Assembly: GCA_031370565.1 (NCBI GenBank)
Contig: JANMQO010000296.1
Location: forward strand, 1-36,445
DNA: 36,445 nt
Direction of reading: 5' to 3'
Source of the DNA: Chloroflexota bacterium
GTDB lineage: Bacteria > Chloroflexota > Limnocylindria > Limnocylindrales > CSP1-4
In this document: in pieces, positions 25,434 through 34,654 of the stretch
How the letters are laid out: the number at the start of each line of letters is the position of its first letter
How positions within the stretch are numbered: position 1 is the first letter of the stretch
Notes under the pieces: model-generated
Seen by the model: the letters and a program-made list of their open reading frames with translations, nothing else
What the model was told of the DNA's origin: nothing
Databases searched by the model: none
Made by a program: the position numbers and the translations under genes

Positions 25434-25794
25434 GTCAGCGAGGCGGTCTGTAAGCCGAGTTCTGTCCCACGCTTCCGCGCGGGGATGGCCATCCATCTCG
25501 ACCGCCGGTTGCCCGACGGTTCATGCGGCCGACCCGAGGGCTGGGCAGCGCACCTCTCCCCCAGTGTCGCCTTGCAGCGACGCCGGGTTGCGCCCTCCTA
25601 TGTGGCCTTGCTCCAGGTAGAGTTTGCCGCGTTTCACCCCGCCGGCCGAAGCCGCCGGATTCGTCTCTGTGGCACTGTTCCTCGCCTCGCGGCGGACGGG
25701 CGTTACCCGCTACCCTGCGCTGGGGAGCTCGGACTTTCCTCGAGCCGAGCCGACGAACCGACCCGGCGCGCGACCATCCGACCGCCTCACTGAC
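25434..25794 (-). ncRNA. rnpB: RNase P RNA (bacterial, probably type A)
   Basis: Conserved GAGGAAAGTCCGAGCT and ACAGAACTCGGCTTAC (P4 with compensatory GAG/CTC), GAGCAAGGCC, and a P1 helix GTCAGTGAGGCGGTC / GACCGCCTCGCTGAC that defines the ends. Confidence 0.96.
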
Positions 25795-25800
25795 CGGTCG

Positions 25801-25806
25801 AGTCTA
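25801..25806 (-). promoter_or_regulatory. -10 element of the rnpB promoter
   Basis: TAGACT overlaps the RNase H stop codon TAG and ends 6 nt before the P1 5' end. Confidence 0.65.
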
Positions 25807-26529
25807 CCCCGTCGGGCGGCGGACCACCGAGACGGGACCACCGGCCAGGGCACGATCGATCGCCTCATTGCAGAGCGCATCGGCGGCCGAATTCTGGGCA
25901 CGCGGCACGTGCACGGCGGTCCACCGGGCGAAGCCTGCCAGCAGCCGTCGAGCGTCGGCGTGGAGTGGCTGGAGCTTGGCGTCCTTCACCTTCCAGCGGC
26001 CGTGGACCTGCTCCACGATGAGCTTCGAATCGAGCATCAGGTGGACCTCGCGAGCGCCCAGCTCGGCTGCCAGGCGCAGCGCCCGGACGGTCGCGGTGTA
26101 CTCGGCCACGTTGTTCGTCTGGACGCCGAGGTAGTCGGAGATGCTGGCGAGCGGGGGTGCCAGTGGATGGCGGGCGTCCGGGCGGGCAGCATCGATGAGC
26201 ACGGCGCCGGCCGAGGCGGGCCCCGGGTTGGAGCGTGCCGCGCCATCGGTCCGGATGATCAGACGCAGGGTCCGGGTGTCCGGCGGAACCGGCTCGGCCG
26301 GCCCGGTCGGTCGACCCCGTCCGGATGGTTCGCGGCCGACGCTCGCCGAGACCGAGCCCGGCCCGGCCGGATGCGGCGGCTCGTCACCGGGATCCGGCGG
26401 CCCGTCGCCAGGATCCGGCGGCCCGGGGGTATGGGGCCGCGGCTCGTCGACACCGCGCGACGTCCCCTCCCCTGCCGCATCGTCGGCCGGGCGATCGACC
26501 TCCTCATCCGCCCAGAACCCGCCGCTCAG
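25804..26529 (-). CDS. rnhA: Ribonuclease HI family protein with Pro/acidic N-terminal extension; start codon non-canonical or uncertain
   Basis: TDGAARSNPGPASAG, TNNVAEY, DSKLIVEQVHGRWKVK, HVPRAQNSAADALCN, with all acidic catalytic residues present. No in-frame ATG/GTG/TTG after the sdhB stop; CTG 26529 overlaps that stop. Confidence 0.88.
   Translation of the reverse strand: MSGGFWADEEVDRPADDAAGEGTSRGVDEPRPHTPGPPDPGDGPPDPGDEPPHPAGPGSVSASVGREPSGRGRPTGPAEPVPPDTRTLRLIIRTDGAARSNPGPASAGAVLIDAARPDARHPLAPPLASISDYLGVQTNNVAEYTATVRALRLAAELGAREVHLMLDSKLIVEQVHGRWKVKDAKLQPLHADARRLLAGFARWTAVHVPRAQNSAADALCNEAIDRALAGGPVSVVRRPTG
26362..26421. repeat. 21-nt tandem repeat (about 3 units) in the RNase H N-terminal extension
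   Basis: Minus strand CCGCCGGATCCTGGCGACGGG / CCGCCGGATCCCGGTGACGAG / CCGCCGCATCCGGCCGGG encodes PPDPGDG-PPDPGDE-PPHPAG. Confidence 0.7.
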
Positions 26530-27242
26530 GACTGACGCTCCACGATCGCTGCCGAGACTTCGAGGATCGCCCGGGTGATGTTGATCCCGCGGGGGCAGGC
26601 GTCGGTGCAGTTGAAGATCGTCCGGCAGCGCCAGACGCCGTCCTTGTCGGCCAAGATCTCGAGACGCTCGTCGGCCGCCTCGTCGCGCGAGTCGAAGATG
26701 AAGCGGTGGGCGTTGACGATGGCCGCCGGTCCCACGTACGAGGGCTGCGCCCAGAACGATGGACAGGAGCTGGTGCAGGCGGCGCACAGGATGCATTTGG
26801 TCGTGTCGTCGTAGCGCGCCCGTTCCAGCGCGGTCTGGCGACGCTCACGCTCCGGGACCGGACCGTCCGCGATGAGGAACGGTTGCACGCTGCGGTACTT
26901 CGCGAAGAAGCCCTCCATGTCCACGACCAGGTCCTTGACCAGGGGCAGACCCGGCAGCGGTGCGACCGTGATCCGCTTGCGGCCGAGCTGTTCGATCCGG
27001 ATCTTGCAGGCCAGCCGGTTGCGCCCGTTGATGAGCATCGCGTCCGAGCCGCACACGCCGTGCGCGCACGAGCGACGGAAGGTGAGCGAACCGTCCTGTT
27101 CGTACTTCACCCGGTGCAGCAGATCGAGGACGCGGTCCATCGGTTCGGACTCGACCAGGTACGACTCCCAGTGCGGTTTCGCGTCGCGCTCCGGATCGAA
27201 GCGGAGCACCCGCAGGTCGACCTGCATGGTCCGGCCGTCCAT
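26526..27242 (-). CDS. sdhB: Succinate dehydrogenase iron-sulfur subunit
   Basis: SCAHGVCGSDA (2Fe-2S), CILCAACTSSCP (4Fe-4S), CRTIFNCTDACP (3Fe-4S). TGATG overlap with sdhA. Confidence 0.97.
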   Translation of the reverse strand: MDGRTMQVDLRVLRFDPERDAKPHWESYLVESEPMDRVLDLLHRVKYEQDGSLTFRRSCAHGVCGSDAMLINGRNRLACKIRIEQLGRKRITVAPLPGLPLVKDLVVDMEGFFAKYRSVQPFLIADGPVPERERRQTALERARYDDTTKCILCAACTSSCPSFWAQPSYVGPAAIVNAHRFIFDSRDEAADERLEILADKDGVWRCRTIFNCTDACPRGINITRAILEVSAAIVERQS

Positions 27243-28987
27243 CAGTAGGTGCGCGGCTTGGGTTCGAAGCGGGTGATCGTCACCGGCTTGTAGCGCAGGC
27301 TCGGGCCGCCCTCGCCCTGGAAGGCCAGGCTGTGGGCCAGGAAGTCGACGTCGTTGCGGTCCGGGTAGTCCTCGCGGGCATGGGCGCCGCGACTCTCCCG
27401 CCGGGCCAGTGCGGCTACCACCGTTGTTTCCGCACAGTCGAGCAGGTAGCCCACCTCGCGCGTCTCGAGCAGATCCGTGTTGAACACCTTGCCCTTGTCG
27501 TCGACCTTGACCCGGCTGTAGCGGTCACGCAGCTCGCGCACCTTGGGCAGTGCGGCGCCAAGCGTGGAGGCATCCCGGTAGACCCCCACGTTGTCCATCA
27601 TGACGTCGGCCAGTTCCGCCCTGATCCGGGCGGCCGACTCGCCGGTCGGTCGGGCGACGATCGACCGCAACTCGGCCCGGACGGACTCCGTCGGGTCTCC
27701 GACGATCTCAGGCAGCGCTCCGCCCCGGACATCGCGGGCCATCTGGCGGCCGGCCCGCCGGCCGAACACGAGCAGATCAACCAGCGAGTTGGTGCCCAGC
27801 CGGTTCGCCCCGTGGACGCTGACGCAGGCGCACTCGCCCGCCGCGTACAGCCCGGGCACCACCGTGTTGTGCTCGTCGCGCAGCACCCGGGTCTCGATGT
27901 CGGTCGGAATCCCGCCCATCGCGTAGTGGGCCGTCGGCTGGACCGGGACCGGCTCGGTGATCGGCTCGACGCCCTGGTAGACCCGGGCAAAGTCCGTGAT
28001 ATCGGGCAGCTTCTCCTCGATGACCGCGCGGCCCAGGTGGCGCACGTCGAGGTACAGGAAGTCCTTGCCGCCGATCCCGCGCCCAGCCCGGATCTCCAGG
28101 TGCATGGCTCGGCTGACCATGTCCCGCGGGGCGAGCTCCATGAGCTTGGGTGCGTAGCGCTCCATGAACCGCTCGCCCTTGTCGTTGAGCAGGTAGCCAC
28201 CTTCGCCCCGGGCGGCCTCGGACAGCAGAATGCCGATCCCGACGATCCCGGTCGGGTGAAACTGGTAGAACTCCATGTCCTGCAGCGGGATACCGTGGCG
28301 GTAGGCTAGGGCGACCCCGTCGCCGGTCAGGCTCCAGGCGTTCGAGGTGATCCGGAACATCCGGCCGAACCCGCCAGTGGCCAGCAGGACGGCCTTGGCG
28401 CGGAACGTGTGGATCTCTCCGTCGGCGATCCGGTAGGCCACCACGCCGGCTGCCCGGCCGCCCCCACCGAGCGGCCCACCGGCGGCGATCAGGTCCACCA
28501 CGTGGTACTCGTCGAAGAACCGGACACCCGCCTTGATGCACTGCTGGTAGAGCGTCTGGAGGATCATGTGGCCGGTCCGGTCGGCAGCGAAGCACGAGCG
28601 CCGGACGGCGGCTTCGCCGAAGTTGCGGGTGTGCCCGCCGAACCGGCGCTGGTCGATCTTGCCGTCCGCGGTCCGGTTGAACGGCAGGCCCATGTGCTCG
28701 AGCTCGATGACCGTCTCGATCGCCTCGCGGGCGAGGATCTCGGCAGCGTCCTGGTCGACGAGGTAGTCGCCACCCTTGACGGTGTCGAACATGTGCCACT
28801 CCCAGTGGTCCTCCTCGAGGTTGCCCAGGGCAGCGCACACGCCGCCCTGGGCGGCTCCGGTATGCGAGCGAGTCGGGTAGAGCTTGGACAGGACCGCCGT
28901 CGGCACGCCGGCCGAGGCGAGCTCCAGGGCCGCCCACAGACCGGCCCCGCCGGCACCGACGATGACCGCGTCGAACTCGTGCTGCAT
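27242..28987 (-). CDS. sdhA: Succinate dehydrogenase flavoprotein subunit
   Basis: From ATG 28987: [16 protein letters not shown] (covalent FAD His), [29 protein letters not shown]. Confidence 0.98.
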   Translation of the reverse strand: MQHEFDAVIVGAGGAGLWAALELASAGVPTAVLSKLYPTRSHTGAAQGGVCAALGNLEEDHWEWHMFDTVKGGDYLVDQDAAEILAREAIETVIELEHMGLPFNRTADGKIDQRRFGGHTRNFGEAAVRRSCFAADRTGHMILQTLYQQCIKAGVRFFDEYHVVDLIAAGGPLGGGGRAAGVVAYRIADGEIHTFRAKAVLLATGGFGRMFRITSNAWSLTGDGVALAYRHGIPLQDMEFYQFHPTGIVGIGILLSEAARGEGGYLLNDKGERFMERYAPKLMELAPRDMVSRAMHLEIRAGRGIGGKDFLYLDVRHLGRAVIEEKLPDITDFARVYQGVEPITEPVPVQPTAHYAMGGIPTDIETRVLRDEHNTVVPGLYAAGECACVSVHGANRLGTNSLVDLLVFGRRAGRQMARDVRGGALPEIVGDPTESVRAELRSIVARPTGESAARIRAELADVMMDNVGVYRDASTLGAALPKVRELRDRYSRVKVDDKGKVFNTDLLETREVGYLLDCAETTVVAALARRESRGAHAREDYPDRNDVDFLAHSLAFQGEGGPSLRYKPVTITRFEPKPRTY

Positions 28988-28995
28988 GGTTGGGC

Positions 28996-29397
28996 TCAGC
29001 CCTTCGGGACGACCGTGGGCAGGGTCATCACCACCAGCGTACCGATCGCGAACAGGCCGATTGCGATGAGGTAGAGGCCCATCAGCGTGGCCGTCCGGGC
29101 ACCGCCATGGAGGTAGTCGGTGATGACGGTCCGCACGCCGAGGAACGCATGGACCAGGACCATCATGAGCAGCGACCAGTCGAAGGCCCGCCAGAACAGG
29201 CTGTTCCAGCGCATCGTGGTGATCCATTCGGCGTTCTGGCGAGACGGGTCGTACAGCACGTGCAGGATGAGGTAGTGGGTCAGGGCCAGCACGAACAGGG
29301 CCAGCCCGGTCAGCCGCATGAGGTACCAGATGAACGTCTCCGGGCCGCCGCCGCTGGGACGGACGCGACCCGACCGGGAGTACCTGGGGGTCGTCAT
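28996..29397 (-). CDS. sdhD: Succinate dehydrogenase membrane anchor subunit
   Basis: MRLTG, three TM segments, His motifs THYLILH and [14 protein letters not shown]. Confidence 0.9.
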   Translation of the reverse strand: MTTPRYSRSGRVRPSGGGPETFIWYLMRLTGLALFVLALTHYLILHVLYDPSRQNAEWITTMRWNSLFWRAFDWSLLMMVLVHAFLGVRTVITDYLHGGARTATLMGLYLIAIGLFAIGTLVVMTLPTVVPKG

Positions 29398-29407
29398 GGT
29401 CGGTCTC

Positions 29408-29770
29408 CTACAGCCCGAAGATCGGCTTGAGGATGACGATCGCGACCGGCACTCCGACGAGCGCGAAGACCGCCCAGTTGAGATACCACAGCTGGCGCTG
29501 GTAGCGGGTGAAGACCGGCCAGAAGTCCATCACGATGATCCGCAGGCCGTTGAGCGCGTGGTACAGCAGGGCCGCACCCAGGACCGTCTCGCCCAGCCGA
29601 CCGACCGGGCTGGCATAGATCTTCAGGATCTCGTCGTAGGCCTTGGGGTTGCCGCCGACCAGGTAGATGTCGACGACATGGACGATGACGAAGGCCCAGA
29701 TCGCGACGCCGGAGATCCGATGGAACGCCCAGGCGAGCATCCCCTCGCTTCCGCGGTACCGGAACAGCAT
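29408..29770 (-). CDS. sdhC: Succinate dehydrogenase cytochrome b subunit
   Basis: AFHRISG, HVVD, YHALNGLRII.DF. SD GGAGG; -10-like TAGAAT at 29836-29831. Confidence 0.92.
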   Translation of the reverse strand: MLFRYRGSEGMLAWAFHRISGVAIWAFVIVHVVDIYLVGGNPKAYDEILKIYASPVGRLGETVLGAALLYHALNGLRIIVMDFWPVFTRYQRQLWYLNWAVFALVGVPVAIVILKPIFGL

Positions 29771-30050
29771 CGGGCCTCCATGGCGGACGGATCGGGACCG
29801 ATCGGCGCGGCCGGTGGTCTACGGGCCGATATTCTAGTCCGAAGCGCGCGACCGACGCCGCACAACAACGACAACCGACGCCGCTGCACGCGACAACCCG
29901 ACGCCAGGGCCTCGGACTGCGGAGCACACTCGGCCGCGAGCGAGGATCGCCGGCAGCCATGACCCACGGCCATCCTGTACCATCGAACCTCCCGCCCGCC
30001 CGTTGGCCGAGCGTTCCGGCCGCCCGCCTGCACCCAGGAGCCAGCCGCGC

Positions 30051-31225
<1,175 letters not shown>

Positions 31226-31229
<4 letters not shown>

Positions 31230-32113
31230 GCATCCTCGTCGGTCGCGAGACCCGCCTCGTCGTCCAGGGCATCACCGGTCGCGAGGGCGAGTTCCACTCC
31301 CGCCAGATGCTCGAGTACGGCACCCCGCTGGTGGCCGGCGTGACGCCCAACAAGGGCGGCCAGACCGTGCTCGACGGGCGCGTCCCGGTCTTCGACACGG
31401 TGGCCGAGGCGGTCCGGGCCACCGGCGCCAACACCTCGTGCATCTTCGTGCCCGCGGCCGGCGCCCCCGATGCCGTGCTCGAAGCGGTCGGCGCCGGGAT
31501 CCAGACGATCTTCTGCATCACCGAGCGGATCCCCGCCCTGGACATGCTCCGGACCGTCGAGGTGGTGCGGGCCGCCGGCGCCCGGCTCATCGGCCCGAAC
31601 TGTCCCGGCGCCACCTCGCCGGGCCGGGCCAAGGTCGGGATCATCCCCGGTGTGGTGCACCGGGAGGGTGCCGTGGGGGTCGTGTCCCGCTCCGGGACCC
31701 TGACCTACGAGGCCGTCCAGGCGATGACCGACGCGGGGATCGGCCAGTCGACCTGCGTCGGCATCGGCGGGGATCCGATCATCGGCACGACCTTCCTCGA
31801 TGTGCTCAAGCTCTTCGCCGCGGACCCCGAGACGGAGGCGATCGTGCTCATCGGGGAGATCGGCGGATCCGCTGAGGAAGAGGCGGCCGCCTGGGCGGCA
31901 GAGCATCTGCGGGGCGTGCCGATGGCCGCCTTCATTGCCGGCCGGACCGCTCCGGAGGGCAAGCGGATGGGCCACGCCGGCGCGATCATCTCCGGTGGTG
32001 CCGGGACCGCGGCCGAGAAGATCGCCGCGCTCGAGGCAGCCGGCATCCGGGTCGCCGGCTCACCGACCGAGATCCCCGCGATCCTGCGCGAGGCCGGCTT
32101 CCGGGCTCGGTAG
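31226..32113 (+). CDS. sucD: Succinyl-CoA synthetase alpha subunit
   Basis: [38 protein letters not shown] (phospho-His). ATGA overlap with sucC. Confidence 0.98.
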
Positions 32114-32180
32114 TCGAGGGGACGCTCGGTAGTCGAGGGCCGAACTTCGTAGCCCAGGTCCGTGCTCAGTAGCCCAGGGC
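32105..32180. repeat. Four imperfect 19-20-nt tandem repeats spanning the convergent sucD/mce stops
   Basis: GCTCGGTAGTCGAGGG at 32105 and 32124 (identical 16-mers), ACTTCGTAGCCCAGG at 32144, GCTCAGTAGCCCAGG at 32164. Confidence 0.7.
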
Positions 32181-32642
32181 CGCCCAGGATGGTCCGCCCG
32201 GCGCCTCGATGAGCTCGATGAGGACGCCCTGGCAGCTCCGCGGGTGGAGGAAGGCCACCGGTCCTTCGGCGCCTCGGCGGGGAGCCGTGTCGATCAGCTC
32301 AATCCCGTCGATGGCGAGCCGGGTGAGCGTGTCCGCGAGGTCGGCCACCTCGAAGCAGACGTGATGGAAACCCTCCCCCTTCGACGCCAGGAAGCGGGCG
32401 ACACCGGTCGTCTCGTCGGTCGGCTCAACCAACTCCACCTTCGACTCGCCCACTGGGAGAAACGCGATCCGGACCCCGTCGCTGGCGATGTCCAGGACGG
32501 TCTCCACCGGGAGCCCCAGGATGTCCCGGTACAACCCGAGTGACGCGTCGAGATCGCGCACGATGAGCGCGATATGGTGGACCCGGCCGAGTCGATGGGC
32601 CTGGGCGAAGTTGTCGGCGTGGGGATCAGTGGCGGAAGACAC
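32166..32642 (-). CDS. mce: Methylmalonyl-CoA epimerase (VOC family)
   Basis: HHIALIVRDL, VRIAFL...KVELVEP, GEGFHHVCFEV, GAEG..VAFLHP...GVLIELIE. Start GTG 32642, with TATGAT 6 nt upstream. Confidence 0.88.
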   Translation of the reverse strand: MSSATDPHADNFAQAHRLGRVHHIALIVRDLDASLGLYRDILGLPVETVLDIASDGVRIAFLPVGESKVELVEPTDETTGVARFLASKGEGFHHVCFEVADLADTLTRLAIDGIELIDTAPRRGAEGPVAFLHPRSCQGVLIELIEAPGGPSWAALGY

Positions 32643-32733
32643 GGTGGCATCATACGATTCGCGTGACACCCGAGCGTCGGGTGCCGTGTCCGGCGACGAT
32701 CGGAAGGACCGAACAGGACAAGGGGGAGCGCTC

Positions 32734-33027
32734 ATGCCAGGTCAATCAGGCTACGCCATCGGGTGGGGAACGCTCGCCCTGATCAACGCCGGGCTCGCCC
32801 AGGGGAAGCGGCGCAACGGTCTCCTGTGGTTCATCCTCTCGCTCGCAATCGGCCCCCTGGCCACCTTCTTCATCGTCATCCTGCCGCCGTCGAACGAACC
32901 GCCACGGCCGATGGGGCGCACCGAGTGGCTCATCCTGGGAATCGCGCTGCTTGTCCTCGTCCTCGTCTTCTATTTCACGCGGCTCGGCGGCCTGATATCG
33001 CCACTCTTTCACGCTGGGGGCGGGTAG
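32734..33027 (+). CDS. Small hypothetical membrane protein (97 aa, about 3 TM)
   Basis: ATG 32734 with SD GGGGGAG. GWGTLALINAGLAQGK..NGLLWFILSLAIGPLATFFIV, then a further TM WLILGIALLVLVLVFYF. Confidence 0.75.
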   Translation: MPGQSGYAIGWGTLALINAGLAQGKRRNGLLWFILSLAIGPLATFFIVILPPSNEPPRPMGRTEWLILGIALLVLVLVFYFTRLGGLISPLFHAGGG

Positions 33028-33142
33028 CGGGTCAGTCGGCGGCACGAGCTGCTCGCCGTCGCGCCACATTCGGGCGGCGGCAGCCGTCGTCGGTGTGTCG
33101 ATGGCAGCCAGCAGGGGGTGGACGGTGCGCGCAAGGACGTCG

Positions 33143-34567
33143 GTGACACGGATCTACCAGCGTCGGACCGCGATCGCCGTCGCGGCCCTGTCGGTCGTCC
33201 TGGCGGCGTGCGCGGCCACGTCGACGCCATCGGCGACCGTGCCGCCGACGCCGCTGCCGTCCGCACTGCGGCCCAGCAGCAGTCCTGTGGCACCCTCCGC
33301 CTCCGCCTCCGCGCCCGGGCCCGCATACACCCTCGGTCTCGACGGGATCGTGCTGGCCCAGTCGAGCGCGGCCCGCGTCCCCGTGGCGCTCGACGCGGCG
33401 CAGGTCGAAGCGAGCGCCATCGACGCGTTCGGGCTCGAAGTCTTCCGGCAGGTGGCGAAGGGCGATGAGAATGTCGTCATCTCGCCGACGAGCCTCGCGC
33501 TCGCGCTGGACATGGCCCGGGCCGGCGCCCGCGGCGCAACCGCGACGCAGATGGACGCGGTGCTCCACCAGGACGGACCCCAGTCGCGCTGGACGGACCC
33601 GATCGGCTCACTCGACCAGATGCTCGCCGGGCTCACCCAGACGAACGACAACCCGAAGGGGCCCGTCGGGCCGATTCTCGTCCGCCTCCAGGTCGAAAAC
33701 GCACCGTTCGTCCAGGCCGGCTTCGCGATCGACCCGACCTACCTCGACACGCTGGCGGCCCGGTTCGGCACCGGGTTGCGCCTGGTGGACTACGCGCGCG
33801 ACCCTGAGGCGGCGCGTGCCCTGATCAACGCCTGGGTGGCGGCGCAGACCGACGGTCGTATCGGGCAGCTACTCGGCAGCGGCAGCGTCACGAACGCGAC
33901 CCGCCTGACACTGGTCAACACCATGGAGCTGACGGCACCCTGGGCCGCCCAGTTCAATCCGAAGGCGACGAAGCCAGGGCCCTTCACCCGTCCGGATGGA
34001 TCTGTCGTCCAGGTACCGATGATGGCTCTCGCCGACCACCAGCGCACGCTCGCCTATGCGCAGGGGTCCGGCTGGCAGGCGGTCAGCCTGCCCTACTCCG
34101 GCAGCTCACTGACGATGACGATCGTGCTGCCCGACGATCTCGCCGGCTTCAAGGCGCACCTCACGGCGGCGACGCTGGCCCAGATCACGAACGCCCGACG
34201 GCCACGAGCAGTGACCATCACCCTGCCGCGCTTCGCAATAGACACCCGAGCCGACCTCGCCGCAACCCTCCGTTCCCTCGGCATGTCACTCGCCTTCGAC
34301 CCAACGCGGGCCGACTTCTCGGGCATCACCACGCAAGTACGGTTGTCCATCTCGGCTGTCACGCAGCAAGCCACGATCACGGTCGACGAGAAGGGCACGG
34401 CCGCGACCGCCGCAACCGCGGTCATGATGGGTCTGACGGGCGTGGCGCGGCCACTCGTGCCGGTGACTGTCCATGTCGATCGGCCGTTCCTGTTCATCCT
34501 CCAGGACCAGGCGACCGGAGCCATCCTCTTCCTTGGGCAGGTGACGGATCCGTCGCGCAGGGACTGA
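33143..34567 (+). CDS. Serpin family lipoprotein
   Basis: Lipobox LAAC (33200-33211), Pro/Ser linker, NVVISPTS, INAWV..QTDGRI, VQVPMM, LPRF, ADFSGI, hinge VDEKGTAATAAT, VDRPFLF...ILFLGQV.DP. Start GTG 33143 is uncertain. Confidence 0.93.
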   Translation: MTRIYQRRTAIAVAALSVVLAACAATSTPSATVPPTPLPSALRPSSSPVAPSASASAPGPAYTLGLDGIVLAQSSAARVPVALDAAQVEASAIDAFGLEVFRQVAKGDENVVISPTSLALALDMARAGARGATATQMDAVLHQDGPQSRWTDPIGSLDQMLAGLTQTNDNPKGPVGPILVRLQVENAPFVQAGFAIDPTYLDTLAARFGTGLRLVDYARDPEAARALINAWVAAQTDGRIGQLLGSGSVTNATRLTLVNTMELTAPWAAQFNPKATKPGPFTRPDGSVVQVPMMALADHQRTLAYAQGSGWQAVSLPYSGSSLTMTIVLPDDLAGFKAHLTAATLAQITNARRPRAVTITLPRFAIDTRADLAATLRSLGMSLAFDPTRADFSGITTQVRLSISAVTQQATITVDEKGTAATAATAVMMGLTGVARPLVPVTVHVDRPFLFILQDQATGAILFLGQVTDPSRRD

Positions 34568-34654
34568 GGCTGCTCGACTGGCCGACCGTCGTGGTCGACG
34601 TCAAGGCTGGCGTGCCATGAGTCGCCTCGGTGCCGCATCTCGCGGATCGCCCCG

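Noticed and set aside
26690-27080. Asp in place of the third Cys of the SdhB 2Fe-2S motif (CGSDA)
   Set aside because: This is a known normal variant; E. coli SdhB also has CGSD.
32105-32180. CRISPR-like array
   Set aside because: Units are about 20 nt, degenerate and directly tandem with no unique spacers. No cas genes.
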